The translations under genes were made by a program, and so were the position numbers. Positions 39,817-51,927 of a stretch of DNA of 64,000 nt are shown here, one piece after another. This DNA is from Schizochytrium sp. TIO01 (Eukaryota; Protista; Bigyra: Labyrinthulomycetes). Numbering within the stretch: the first letter of the stretch is position 1; each line of letters opens with the position of its first letter. The stretch is taken from contig SMSO01000034.1 of assembly GCA_004764695.1 (NCBI GenBank), positions 3,844,001 through 3,908,000 of the forward strand, in the 5' to 3' direction. A model generated the notes under the pieces. It was not told the origin of the DNA and did not search any database. It saw only the letters and a list, made by a program, of their open reading frames with translations.

Positions 39817-39893
39817 GCCACCACCACCAGCAGCAGCAGCAACAGCACCACCACCACCATCGCCACCAGCAGTGACAGCAGCAGCAGCAGCAG
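39817..39893. repeat. (CAC)n/(CAG)n trinucleotide repeat
   Basis: Directly visible. Confidence 0.9.
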
Positions 39894-40165
39894 CCTTGCA
39901 CTCATCTCCAGCGCGATGTAGCATTGTAGGCTCTGCTTTGTTGGCTGTACCCGGCGTCGCAGAGCAACAGGCGCATTTACATAAAGTCAGGCCACGGAGG
40001 CAGTTCGCTCCACGCACAGCTCTCGGCCTGAGTCTATGAACGAGCCCCTCTTGGTCATCGTCCACGCCACCGCCATCGCGCTCTCGAACCGGGCGGGCTT
40101 TGAGAATCCGTACAGCAGCATCCATCGATTCCTTCTAATCCCGCCATACAAAAAACAAGTAAATT

Positions 40166-40201
40166 CAAGCAAAGCAAAGCAAAGCAAAGCAAAGCAAAGC
40201 A
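40166..40201. repeat. (AAAGC)n pentanucleotide repeat
   Basis: Directly visible. Confidence 0.92.
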
Positions 40202-41386
40202 GGCACGCGCCCAAGGTATACCCGAGGTTCTTCGAAGGGCCATCCATGCGGAGCTTCGTTTGCCGCGGAGAGGCGCCGCCACTGCCATCGAAGCAGCGCA
40301 GCCGAACACTTGGCCGCTTGCTCGCTCCAAGTTCGTGGTCTCTTCAACCCCCTTTTGGAGCGGGTTCCTCTCCCTGAAACATAGATGTTTTACAGTATGT
40401 ATGCAGTAAAGCCAAGAGAGCTCTTTTATGGCTACGCCTTGACTTTTAATTAACGTTTAATTGACCTTTAATTAACTTTTATAGCTTATCTTCCTTCTTT
40501 TCTTCCCCCCCTTTTTTTCAATTGACTTAAATTAAATCTAGACTAGTTTTTAAATGGATAGAACAATTTTTTATTTTTTTTCATAGGATTAAAAAGAAAA
40601 AAGAAAGAAAAGTCAACAGGAATCCCGTTTGGAACAGCCTATATAAAGCACATTCGCATGGATGGAGCAGAAGAACTGCCTGCTCTTATTTACTATTATT
40701 ATAAACGAGCCGCCAGTTTTCTTACTACTCCATTAAAAAGAAAAAGAAAGCGGAGGAAAGAACAGGGGTATTAGCCAGGCCTAGGTAACCTGCCTAACTG
40801 CCTGTGTAATATTGGAACGCGGAGGAGTAGAACAGGCGAGAAGAAGCGATGGCTCTGAAGAGGGTGTGTCTGTCTGTTTGTTTGTCTTCCCCAGCCGCCG
40901 TCTCTCTCGGATGCTGCTCCGTTCGCTGCTGCGTCGCGGAGGACAAGCTGCTGGAAACCAGAACCAAAGGAGGCCGTGGCTTCGAAGAGGTCCAAACCCA
41001 CCAGCTCGGGCCAGAGCAGCGAGGAAACTCGCGGTCGCTCAGCCGGCGAAGAGGCCGCTCGTTTCCCATTCGCACACGGATGATGAATGGCGGGTCTCCT
41101 CGCTCTTTTCCGCGCCAAGAAAACACAGGCGATCACTGGTAGGCAGCCACTAGGCGAAACCTCTAGTGACCGGGAGGAGTAGCAATAACGCCTAGGTGCT
41201 ACTAGGAGAGCCTCGCTCTTTACTGTGTTCGTCGTTCCTTTTGCGTTGCGGCCCACTCACCCGCTGTTCTAAAATGTAAAAGGAAGAGAGAGGGAAAAGA
41301 ACAGCGGAAGAGTCAGAGGCAGAAGAAGCCGCTACGTACGTGCAGGGTTTTAAAAGAGAGAGAGAAGAAGGCAATGAATGAGGCGG

Positions 41387-41441
41387 ATCGAAATGAAAAT
41401 CGAAATGAAAATCGAAATGAAAATCGAAATGAAAATCGAAA
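41387..41441. repeat. 12-bp tandem repeat (ATCGAAATGAAA) x ~4.5
   Basis: Directly visible. Confidence 0.93.
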
Positions 41442-42855
41442 GCGGTTATTCTCGAGACCTTTGATTGATGATAAAGCCGCAGAAAAGAAGGCCCTAATAA
41501 TGAGACTGAGGGTTGAAAACAGCGAAGAAGAAAGGGCCACGAAGGCGAAGCAGAGCGATATCCAATCTAACTCTAACAGTTCGTACACAAGGCTGTATGT
41601 ATATGGTATGTGAAGAGCGAAAGGTTCAATGGGTTGGGCAGGAAGGGAGAGCGCCAAGTAACAACTCCGATACGCGCATGGAGAAGGGGGAATGGCCGAG
41701 AGATCGACTGAATTGATGGACGGATGGCTGCCTTGGGCTGAGGAAAAGCAGCAGCTGCGTGAAGTTGCGGGCGGAGAAGAGCTCCCTTGAAGGGAAGGTA
41801 CAACGGAACGATGAATGAGAACGGAACATGTCCATCGCTCGCACTTTTTCGTGATTGGTTCTATTGGGCCACGGAAGAACGAACGAACACAGACCGTCTA
41901 TTTTGTTTCCCATCATTATTATTTTATTCTTTCTTTTTAATGAAATATAAGAGACCTTTGAATATTGTTCTTATTAGAGCTGTTCACATGATATTTTGAA
42001 AATAAATTAATGTTTTTATTTTGTTTTTTAAAAGTAGACTAACCTGAGAACAAGGAAGGGAATGAACCATTCGTCAATCAATCGACCAGGAAAAAGGACG
42101 AGGGTCGGAAGCGACTCGAGTTTCTCGCCAGGTCTTGTTAGTGTAGAATAGGCACCGCGTTTCTATTTAGCTCTCCTGCACAAAAGGAGATAGGCCTGAA
42201 GGAAAACGATGGCTTGGCAGACCAAATGGTCCCAAAGAAGGTATTACAGAGAGAGGTTGAAGGCAGTCGAGCGAGTCAAGATATTATGGCTTAGAGGCCT
42301 TTAGTTGGAGTTGTTGTGCACCCTCAACTGCCGCGATATTATTAAGCGAGAGAGAAAAAGGGAGTAATAGAGAACCAGAGACAGTAAGACAGAAAGAAAT
42401 AGAATTAATATAGGGGAAACAATTCAAGAAGCACTAGCACTTTTTTTGGCAGACAGTAAATAAAATACAAAGTATGTTTATCAGTGTCTGATGATTGTTT
42501 TTGGAAACTTTAGAAATACATAGGATGGGAGATGGGAAGAGATGAGTCAAAAGAAAAAAGAATGATCATCGTGCAATTGGTTTCCAAAGCTTCTTGAAGA
42601 TTCACCGGTTTCCCGATGGATCTTCTTTGACAATGTGCTGTTCATGCAATGCGATTACGCAGTATGCGGCTTAAAGAGTAGAGGGGCTAAAAGTGGGTAT
42701 CCCGTGATACTTGAAGGAGGCTGAGAAGCTATGGACTGTTCCCCAGAAGAGTAGGCACGTAGGTACTTACTAAGCTGAAGCAAGTAATCAGTGTCGCTTT
42801 TATTCTTTGTCATATTCTCTGTTTTCTTTATAATTTATTCTTATTTACTTACAGA

Positions 42856-42950
42856 AAAAAGAAAAAAAGAAAGGAGAAGGAGACGAAGAAGAAGGAGACG
42901 AAGAAGAAGGAGACGAAGAAGAAGAAGAAGAAGAAGAAGAAGAAGAAAAG
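42856..42950. repeat. Purine-rich (AGA)n repeat with AGGAGACGAAGAAGA units
   Basis: Directly visible. Confidence 0.92.
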
Positions 42951-44499
42951 GTAATAAATTAATACCAATCAATAATAAGCAAAATAGCAAACTGGAATAA
43001 GGAAAAGCAGCTTGTTTCAGAAATCAACACTCAGTTTACAGATTCACGGAAACCTTCGAACTTTACGGTTGATGGAAATCAAAGTTGAACTGGAAATAGG
43101 AATCCCAGGCACCTCACGCCATCTCTTACATGTATTTACAATCTAACAACAACAACAACAACAAGAGCAAGAGATGAGCAACTTCGACAACCACAACTCC
43201 GACTCGTCTTTCGTAGATAAAACTTGCAAGCAAATTAAGAAATAAAGGCAGCTCCAGCTTCAGAACTAACTCCCCTTCTTCCTCGGCGCCTCTTCGTCTC
43301 GCGGAGTCCAGTGCAAACGACAGTCCTGTTCATCACTCGTTCACTCATTCATCTGCCTCTGTCGTCTCGACTGTCGCGCACTCGCAGGTAGAAACATCCA
43401 TTGAGCGGCCGTCCTTCATAATCAGGTCTCGGGACCAGCAGCCAGAAGACAAAGCTTGCTGCCAATGGCAATTTCTCGAGCGCAGAACTCCAAACCTGAA
43501 GACCAGCGCAACCAATCTTAAGGCAATCTTGAGTGAGGTTTCGTCCTTTCGGTATAAATATATGTATGTGTATATATTTATTTATATTTATATATATGTC
43601 CGTGTTTGGGATTGGTGGGCAATATAAATATGTTTATAATGCCACGGGTGGAAAGTAAGCACCTGATACAGTCAGTGTACCTTCGTCCGCTCTCGTCGCA
43701 GTTTTCTCCCCTTTTAATGCTCCTGTTTATTATTTACAATGAAAAAGTTTTGTATCTTCGCCGTCTTTCTTCTGTTTCTTGGATTTTAGCGATGTTTTAA
43801 GTTTAAAAAAATAATAATAATAACAATAAGAATAAACTGAGGTAAGGAAAGGGAGGCGCCACGCGATAGGGAGTGAGAGGGAAAATAGCCTGAGGAAAAG
43901 GGACTTAGGAACATGGGAAGAGAGAGAAGAGTTGCACGAGTACCACGGTAGTTGATATCTTGTATTATATACTTCTTTTCTTTTCTTTTCTTGTCACGCG
44001 GATTTGTTATTTTGGCCAGTGAGATAAACAAACGTAAATAGCGAGCAGCATTATAAAATGTTAAAATTAGTTTTTAAATTTAAAAATAGTACGTTTAAAA
44101 TGTTTATTTTAAATTTTACTTTTTTATCACATGATAAAAGCGGATGGAAGATTTCAAAAATAGAATTGAAAAGTGCATTAACGAGAAGGAAGAAAAAAGA
44201 AAGCTAAAGAAACAAAGAAAGAACCGAGTCCACAGAATAAAGAAAGAAAAAAAAAGCGGGAAGAGAACAGCAATTGTTTGAAAACTTCTTTCCCCATCTC
44301 TCCCTTTTTGGTTCTCTGCAAAACAGTAATGCAAAAATAGTAAGAGCCAAACAAAAACCAAATCAAAGCCCGAAAGGGAAACCGGAGACAGCAGAGATCC
44401 CGGTTGTGATTAGACCACGATCACCTCGCAGAAGTCTGCGAGGCGGGCGTTTGCTACCAGCATTGAGTGGACTTGCTACCTGCAGGTGACCAAGAAGGC

Positions 44500-47451
44500 A
44501 TGGGTGACGGCGACGGCGATGATGCCGTGAATCGCGTGCGGGGCGGCGGCATCCGATCGGTCTACGAGTATGACTATGAGCAGCCACGCACAGCGGCAGC
44601 AGCAGCTGCAGTGACAGCCTCCGAAGCTGCAGATGTTGCAGCAGATATGGCGACAGCAGGTACAGCAGTGCCGCCAAACCCTTCAGAATCAACCGCAGCA
44701 CTTGGCAGGAGCCCGCGACTTGGCCCCATGAGTCCCCGAATGAGTAATTTGAGCAGTCTCACCAGCAACCGCAACTTGAACAATGTGACCAACATGCGGA
44801 GTTTAAGAGCACTCTCAAGATCCAGACAGTCCTGGCGCAGATCATTATCGAGCGCAGACGAGACGCTTGAAAAGAAACTGATGCCGATTCAGGCTACTCC
44901 TGAGGAAACTGAACCACCCACGACTCAGCAAAGACTGCGCATATTTTCCACGGGAGAACAGGAACGCGTCGAAGAAAGCGAGTTTGATGAAGAGGAAGAG
45001 GTCCAGGCGAAGGAGACAAACGAAGTGAGGGAATTCTTTGTCAAGAGACCCTTCAAATGTGGTCTCTGCATTTTTGGCGCCATTCTTGTCATTGTTGGCG
45101 GCTGCATGGAAGGCATCAATGCAGTTGATGTGCGCCAAGTGCCTCAGGCGCTGCTCTTCGTAGGATCTTCATTTATGATGGGCATCATCGCAGACATCAT
45201 CGTTATCCTCTTTGGAGGACTCCTAACGTGGATGGTGGCATTGGCGCAAACGAAACACAAGGAGGTTGAATATTCGTTGGCGGTAGCACATTTCTATTAC
45301 GATAGTGTTGTCTACAAGCTATCTTTTCTCCTGTGGAACATCCTCACCATTGTTATGTTCACAAGTTTTGTACCACGCGAGGATGACAGCACTGATATTG
45401 TAGCGTCCTGGGCAACAGCATACTACCACCTGACTCGCATCCTGGGTATCCTTGCAATGCTTCTCTTTTCCCGTGTGCTCACACAACTGCTCCGCATGTA
45501 CCTAACTCAAGACTTTGGCATCCGCTCATTCGCGACCCGCGTCAAAGATTCCTTGGACCAAGAGCTCTTGTGTTGCAAGCTGCGCAGCGTCCGGCCTAAT
45601 CCATCCTTTGTCAGTTTGGTGAAAAGGCTCGGCAACAGCAACAAGTCTGGGGGCTACGCAGATCCAGAACTCTGGCAGGCAGTCGTACGGCATGTCAACT
45701 CTCACCATGTGGATGGCTTTGAGCCCCACACGGGTAAGCACGCACCAGTGAAGCCTGGTAAGGACCCTGGCCTTGGACGTCGAGCGCGCCCCGTAGCGGC
45801 TTCTATTTTTGCGCGTCTTATTGCTACAATTCGTATGCAACGTGAAGAATTTCTTGCAAGCGAGTCTGAGATGTTCTATGATCGTGTTGAGCACAGCGCC
45901 AGTGCAAGCGAAAGCGCAGCCACTGCAGAGATGGGAGATCAATATGACAACACAAAGGCGAGCGCTGAGGCTGAAGACAAAAACCCTGCTGCTAAAGAAT
46001 CCTCAGGAGAGCAGCAGCCACCGTTGAAAAAACTCCAGTCCAAGCAGTCACAGCAAGAAGACGAAAATCAGTCAAAGACCGAGGAGAATGAGCAGCCGTA
46101 CACGAGTAGATCGCAAGAAGCACCCCCGGCTTCAGAGTTTTATCGACCTCTTCCTCGTATGTCAAATATCGAGGAGGAATCAGCGGCTGCATCCGAAGCA
46201 ACCGCTGCAGCTGCCAGAGCCATTCGCAAGTTCAATCAGCGTCGCGCCGAAAGTTTCCGCACTATTCGCAGCGAGGATCACGCGGTTGATAGCGAAACCC
46301 TGGCTGCAGCTGAAGATGATGACGAGCAATTTCTCTTTGACCCCGATGATAAGGGTACTGTTGTCTCCAACAAAGTCCAGTCGAATGTCCGTGAAATCGA
46401 TGAGATACCGTTGGAAGCTTTAGCTGAAATTGCTGAGGAGATCGACGTTGTACAAAATGCTGATATTACAACCCGTTCGAAACGAGAACTACTCTCTCAT
46501 CTTTCTTCTCGTCTTGGTAACAAGGTGTACTTTCGGGAAGAGGTTTTAGATGCTCTCAAGGAGCTTGACTCTGCCTATGACTGGGACAAGGTTTGGAAGA
46601 ATTATTTGGATCCCCGAGATACAGGTGTGCTTACCTGGCCTCGTTTGCGCACTTTGATCTTTGATTTCTATGAAACGCGCTACAATTTGTCGCTTTCAAT
46701 TCAAGATTCAAAGTCGGCCATCAAGAGCATGGATGTGGTAATCATGTCTGTGTTTTTAATTTTGGTGATTCTCATCAGTCTTTCGTTCTACACAACCGAC
46801 CTTGCCACAATGTTGTCCAGTATGAGTACTGTAATTCTCGGTTACTCTTTCATCTTTGGTGGGTCTGTGACAACCTCATTCGAAAATATCGTCTTTCTCT
46901 TTGGTGTTCATCCCTACGATGTAGGTGATACGCTTCTTTTTAATGACAATCGTTATACCGTGTCTCGTATTCGGCTCTTAACCACAGACTTTATTCAGGC
47001 AGATGGTGCAATGATGCGACTTACAAATGAATACATCGCAGCACTTGGTCCGATCTTCAACCTCAATACATCAGAAAACCATTCCATTGGTTTTAGTATC
47101 TATTTGCCTGCTATGGACGTTCGCGAGTCAAATATTACCGCGATTCGCAAGTCCTTGGACGAATTCTTCAAGCTCAACTCCGTTTCCTTTGACAGTTATG
47201 GATTCACTGCGCGCGAATTTATTCATCCTCTTGAAGCGAACGGTGAGTTGCCCAGCAAGGGAACTCACGCAACCCATGTTCGCTTCTATTTGTGGGTCAC
47301 TTTCAACTTTTCTTTTGAGGACGCAGGTCGCATCTTTGCGGAGCAGACCCGTCTCATTACGCACATGTGTGAAACACTCGCTGCTCTCGGCTTGTCCAAG
47401 CCCCTTCTCGACGAAAGCCACTCTCGTTCAATTACGCAAGGCCATGCCTAA
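44500..47451 (+). CDS. MscS-like mechanosensitive ion channel, paralog 2 (~983 aa from ATG 44500)
   Basis: Co-linear with paralog 1 (RPFK.G..I.GAI, VDVRQVP.ALLFVG, RRARPVAASIFAR, HPYDVGD, RIRLLTTDF). The ATG at 44500 gives MGDGD..., matching the MGE/MGD starts of the paralogs; the ORF-track GTG start lies before a probable splice acceptor. Confidence 0.93.
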   Translation: MGDGDGDDAVNRVRGGGIRSVYEYDYEQPRTAAAAAAVTASEAADVAADMATAGTAVPPNPSESTAALGRSPRLGPMSPRMSNLSSLTSNRNLNNVTNMRSLRALSRSRQSWRRSLSSADETLEKKLMPIQATPEETEPPTTQQRLRIFSTGEQERVEESEFDEEEEVQAKETNEVREFFVKRPFKCGLCIFGAILVIVGGCMEGINAVDVRQVPQALLFVGSSFMMGIIADIIVILFGGLLTWMVALAQTKHKEVEYSLAVAHFYYDSVVYKLSFLLWNILTIVMFTSFVPREDDSTDIVASWATAYYHLTRILGILAMLLFSRVLTQLLRMYLTQDFGIRSFATRVKDSLDQELLCCKLRSVRPNPSFVSLVKRLGNSNKSGGYADPELWQAVVRHVNSHHVDGFEPHTGKHAPVKPGKDPGLGRRARPVAASIFARLIATIRMQREEFLASESEMFYDRVEHSASASESAATAEMGDQYDNTKASAEAEDKNPAAKESSGEQQPPLKKLQSKQSQQEDENQSKTEENEQPYTSRSQEAPPASEFYRPLPRMSNIEEESAAASEATAAAARAIRKFNQRRAESFRTIRSEDHAVDSETLAAAEDDDEQFLFDPDDKGTVVSNKVQSNVREIDEIPLEALAEIAEEIDVVQNADITTRSKRELLSHLSSRLGNKVYFREEVLDALKELDSAYDWDKVWKNYLDPRDTGVLTWPRLRTLIFDFYETRYNLSLSIQDSKSAIKSMDVVIMSVFLILVILISLSFYTTDLATMLSSMSTVILGYSFIFGGSVTTSFENIVFLFGVHPYDVGDTLLFNDNRYTVSRIRLLTTDFIQADGAMMRLTNEYIAALGPIFNLNTSENHSIGFSIYLPAMDVRESNITAIRKSLDEFFKLNSVSFDSYGFTAREFIHPLEANGELPSKGTHATHVRFYLWVTFNFSFEDAGRIFAEQTRLITHMCETLAALGLSKPLLDESHSRSITQGHA

Positions 47452-50400
47452 ATTTTATCTGGAACACATATGTTAACAATATGCATTCGTCGTGCTACAT
47501 ACAACCTTATTCAATTGAGTCAATGTGTGCAGTGCCTTCTTAAAAGGCCTTACCTGGACCGTTGAATTGATGTACAAGCTTTTCAATATAGAAACTCAAT
47601 AGTATCATCTGTTCAAGTTCTATAGGAACTTGGTTTCCTCTCCTTTGTAAAGAATTAAAAACATTTACCGCTCTCTGTTGTGGTGAAGGAAGGAGAGGGA
47701 GATCAAGCTTAGGAACTCATGGTGGATGGTGCTGTTTATTCCCATTCTTTTTAAAATTCATTCAATCTTTGTAGAATCATGTTCACTAATTCATCTTGAT
47801 TGGCTTCACAATTACCTTCCTTGCTTTATCCGGGTGTGCGTGTGTATACATGTGTGTGCTATGCTCGCTCGAGTCCACGTGAGGACCCAAAGTTCCCTGG
47901 AAAGTTGATTTGCAAGCGTTCGCGCCTTATCAGCTAATTCGGCCTCCATGGTAAGCCCTCCACGACGTCATTCATTATCTGCGGAAATCAGAGGGGTTTT
48001 CTCCGAGCTCAAGTTTATCCCCGTCTATATTTTTAAAAAAAAGGTTCATGATATGCGAAAAGCAAGCAATCCTATGCTTCATGCTGGATGGAGTCTTGCA
48101 AACTTGCGAGCTGATAATACAGTAAACGGCAAGAGCCTCCAAAGATAACAACAGCGTGTCTACATAGAATTAAAAGCCACTCGATGCAGTTTATGAGACT
48201 CCATCGAAGTGAGGCAGTATTCCTATGTATCTACTGCGCCAGAGAGACTGAGCGACACGACTTCTGTAGAAAGAACGGGCTCCAACAGCCTCACGAAGGC
48301 GCGATAAAAACCCCGCGGCCACTTTCATGAGCTTCGTTTTTCTACGAACTGGCGAAATGACCTATTGGTTTCTTTGAGAAAAGCGAATGAGAAGACAGTC
48401 GTCGAAGGGGGTCAAATCCTTATTGTACGTGTGAATGAAGCTGACAGAAAGTAAACTGGCGGGGCCATGCATGCCACGAGTAGCCTATCACTCTGGCGCT
48501 GATCTGGCTTTTGCAAGGCTCGGTGTCTACGGCTGGGCGGGTTATGACGCGCAGTTGGTTTTCGCAGTTGGGTTATTTGAGGGTCATCTCCGCTGTCTAG
48601 TCACTGCTCCTTGATTATGGGACCCTTCGGAAGACCTTCCCATGCACCGTGAAAAACGCAGCTCCTACCTAGCGTTCAAGGCAGAGCCACAGTCGTTTAC
48701 TACTGAGGCATATCCGGCGCACACGAGTCTTCGAGGACTTAGACTTGACGTTTCAATGGGTGGCAAGGTACGCGCTCAGCAGCGATGATGGCACCGGGGA
48801 AATGTGAACTCCCGTTGGTAGAATACAAGGCAGGCGATAGGAGGAGTTACTTGTACACACTCAAAAGCAGACTGCACCGGCAAATAAATCTTAGGATATC
48901 ATGCTTTACTATTGAAACAAGACCATCGCATAGCTTGATTGAATTGAGTGCCGTTGCATGATACTGATATGTAATCAATCTTCAACATGCTCCGATTTTG
49001 TTTATATCAAGGTAGCAAGCATGATGTTCAGGACTAAAGGATGAAATGTATGCGTTTGGAAACACTGAATTCATGGTTACCTTTGTTGCAACGGTTTAGC
49101 CTTCTTCTTGCATTAAAACAAGCTCAACTATTTGATATTGATACGTCCTCCTGTATTATGCACTGCACAGTAAATTGATTCAAGTGAGGTGAAACCAACA
49201 AACTTGCATCATTGAGGTGCATGGATTCTGGTCAAATTGAAATGTTTGATTGCTTTTTCAATGCCAGGCCACGACATCTCTTCAGTATATGTATCTAGAT
49301 ACCTGACCATTACTACCATCATGATGACATGCCAAGCCAAAGCAACTATCTTCTTACCTGCCTCGCTTTGCTTTCAAGTTGTTGCTCGGCCTTTCTTCCT
49401 TTGTCTGCAGTGCACACTCATACACCTTCGAAATCCGCATCCGCCAAATCTGAATGTTTTCAATGAATAAAACTGCGGTCTGTTCGCTTCGAAACTCTTC
49501 TTGCAGCACGTGTAAGTACTTCTCCGGAGCCGACAATCCCCAGATCCTTCCCTTTCGAGTTCAATGCCAAGTTCGTGCTCCATCCCCTCCCATGAGCCTG
49601 CCCACCTCCTGTTGATCAATCTGCAGTACCTTCCCAGGGATACAACCTCGCTTGCTTGCTGCTCAGAAAGTCAAGGCGTTCCCTTTACCTAAAAGAACAG
49701 AAGGGAGGAACGCCCTCTTTTCCTTGCCCCTCTTCTTATCGATGACGTGCTTCTTGAGAGGTCTGGAAAAGGATCCTGACTGACGACGCGTCGAAAGCGG
49801 AGCAGACGATGCACTTTCCAAGATGGCAGGCCGGCTGCCTGAACGACCGCACGGCGGTATAGGACCAAGCACAGCGAGCCACAGGATTTGTGCGAGCGCA
49901 CGAAACAAAGAGCGCCGGGAGTAGAAGCTCTCTCTCTTTTATCGCTCACTTTCTGCTTTCCTTTTTATTTTTCAAAATATAGATTTTGGCAGCTATATTG
50001 GACTTTTACTTTAAGAAAAAAGAATGTTAGAGAGTTTTGATTAGTTGAAAAGAAACGAGAAATAAAAAGGGGGGCAAGTACCAATATATTTATGTGTATA
50101 GAGAAAATATTGTATGTAAGAGTTTTTTCTTTTAAAATCCTGAGTCGAAGTTCATTTTTTTTATTTTATAATAAATTAAATAAATGAATTTAGTCTCGCT
50201 AGAAAAATACTATTTTCTACTGGAAGCGGCGTTACTCGTAGATGGTACACGAAAAGAACATGAACATTCCATTTGACTCGTGTGTCTTTTCGAGCGCAAT
50301 CTTGATGCGAAGTGCAGAAGCAATGGAGATGAAAAGAGTCAGATATTTAAAAAAGTTTCGAACAAGCAGCCCAAGCTTACCATAGAGCAATGGTACGTTT

Positions 50401-50629
50401 CTTGAGGCAATTCATTCTTGAAAATAGCGCTGTACCAAACAACTTCCTCGCCTTCGTTATGACTTTAAAGAAAACCATCAAAATCAAACTTATTTGATCT
50501 ATTCTCTGGTGTCTCGTTCAATTCTGAACTAAAGTCACATTTATTCAGAAAGGGTAAATTGGGAATTGTATTCTTTCAGGCACTTTTTTCTTTTTTAAAT
50601 CACAAACAAACAAACAGACAGTGATCAAA

Positions 50630-50668
50630 GCTAACTAACTAACTAAATAACTAACTAACTAACTAACA
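50630..50668. repeat. (AACT)n microsatellite
   Basis: Directly visible. Confidence 0.9.
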
Positions 50669-50873
50669 AAGCTGCATCCAAAATAGCAACCCGGGCAGAG
50701 CAGCTTCTCCCTCGTCCCCAAAAGCAAAGAATCGGACAATCGGTGATGCGGCCGCTGGCCTAAGATCAAAGCGAAGTCTACGCGGGCGCTCTTTCATTCA
50801 AGCAGGCATCATTAATTCCCATGGGGAGACGACGGCGGAGTGTGGTTCCTCCCTCTGCTTTCCTAGACTGGAC

Positions 50874-50927
50874 TAGAGTAGAGTAGAGTAGAGTAGAGTA
50901 GAGTAGAGTAGAGTAGAGTAGAGTAGA
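50874..50927. repeat. (TAGAG)n pentanucleotide repeat
   Basis: Directly visible. Confidence 0.95.
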
Positions 50928-51226
50928 TCTAGCTAGAACCAGGTTTTCAATGAAATGATGGAGCGTACTTCATCTCAAAGGAGCCCGAGGCCAAGAACCC
51001 CGAGCCCACTTGGCGCCACCGCGGAGGAACTCGCTCTTCTTTCTCACCGCAACCTCGAAGGAGTCCAGGTCGCTCTCGCCTCCAAGCCGGTAGGTACTTT
51101 CTTGGGTGGCCACCTCTGTCTGCTTGGGACTGACTGACTGATTGACTTCTGATCCCCGTCGAGACTCAGTTTGCAGGCGCGAGGAACTCATACTCTTCTG
51201 CCTCTTTTGAGGGAGACCTCCGCGGC

Positions 51227-51279
51227 ATCCATCCATCCATACATCCATACATCCATACATCCATACATCCATACATCCA
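51227..51279. repeat. (CATC)/(CATACATC)n repeat
   Basis: Directly visible. Confidence 0.9.
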
Positions 51280-51877
51280 CGCGGAGAAGCGACAAAGCGC
51301 TCGCGGACTTGGAAACCGAAGTGGCCCAGAGAGCTCAGAGAGCTGAGGCCGACTCGAATGGATTGATTGATTGATTGCTTGCTTGCTTTCGAATTTCGGC
51401 TTGAGAAGAGCCTCCTGAGGCACGAAAGAGTCCCTCCCTCCCGTGCGGGTCGACCTCCTCGGCAAAAGCAGCAGGCAGCAATCTCGAATGGAATATCGAA
51501 CGAAGGTCGCGCTTGGCTCGCGAGGTCCTCTCAGAGCTGGCTAGCTAGCTAGCTCTTGGAGCTGGGCGGAGGAGGCCGCGCCTGAGGTGCCGAGACGGCA
51601 GCAGCCCAACGACGAAGGACCTCCGTCGCTTGGATTCTAACTGGAGTGGAGGTCACGAGGAATTTGAAATCTTTGGAGAAGCTGGTGCAAATCTGATTGT
51701 TGCAGCAGTTCGTTGTTGAGCAAACCCCGTTGACGGCCTGCAGATCTGGGCGGCGTGGCTCCACGATGAGACCGGCGTCTGCGTCCTGAGCTTGGAGACG
51801 TTGGCGGCGTTGCAAGGGTGGAGGAGCAACGCAGACGGGCTGGTTTGCAGCAACTGCTCAGCGAACTCGCTCGAGCT

Positions 51878-51927
51878 CGTAAAGATCCACGTGCTCGTAC
51901 TGCGTAAAGATCCACGTGCTCGTACTG
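51878..51927. repeat. 25-bp direct tandem duplication CGTAAAGATCCACGTGCTCGTACTG x2
   Basis: Two exact adjacent copies. Confidence 0.93.

Noticed and set aside
41387-41441. Short direct repeats here and at 51878 and 52202 considered as CRISPR-like
   Set aside because: No spacers, only 2-5 adjacent units, no cas genes, eukaryotic context.
44467-44499. GTG start for channel 2 given by the ORF track
   Set aside because: Eukaryotic gene; the in-frame ATG at 44500 matches the paralog N-termini and follows a probable splice acceptor.
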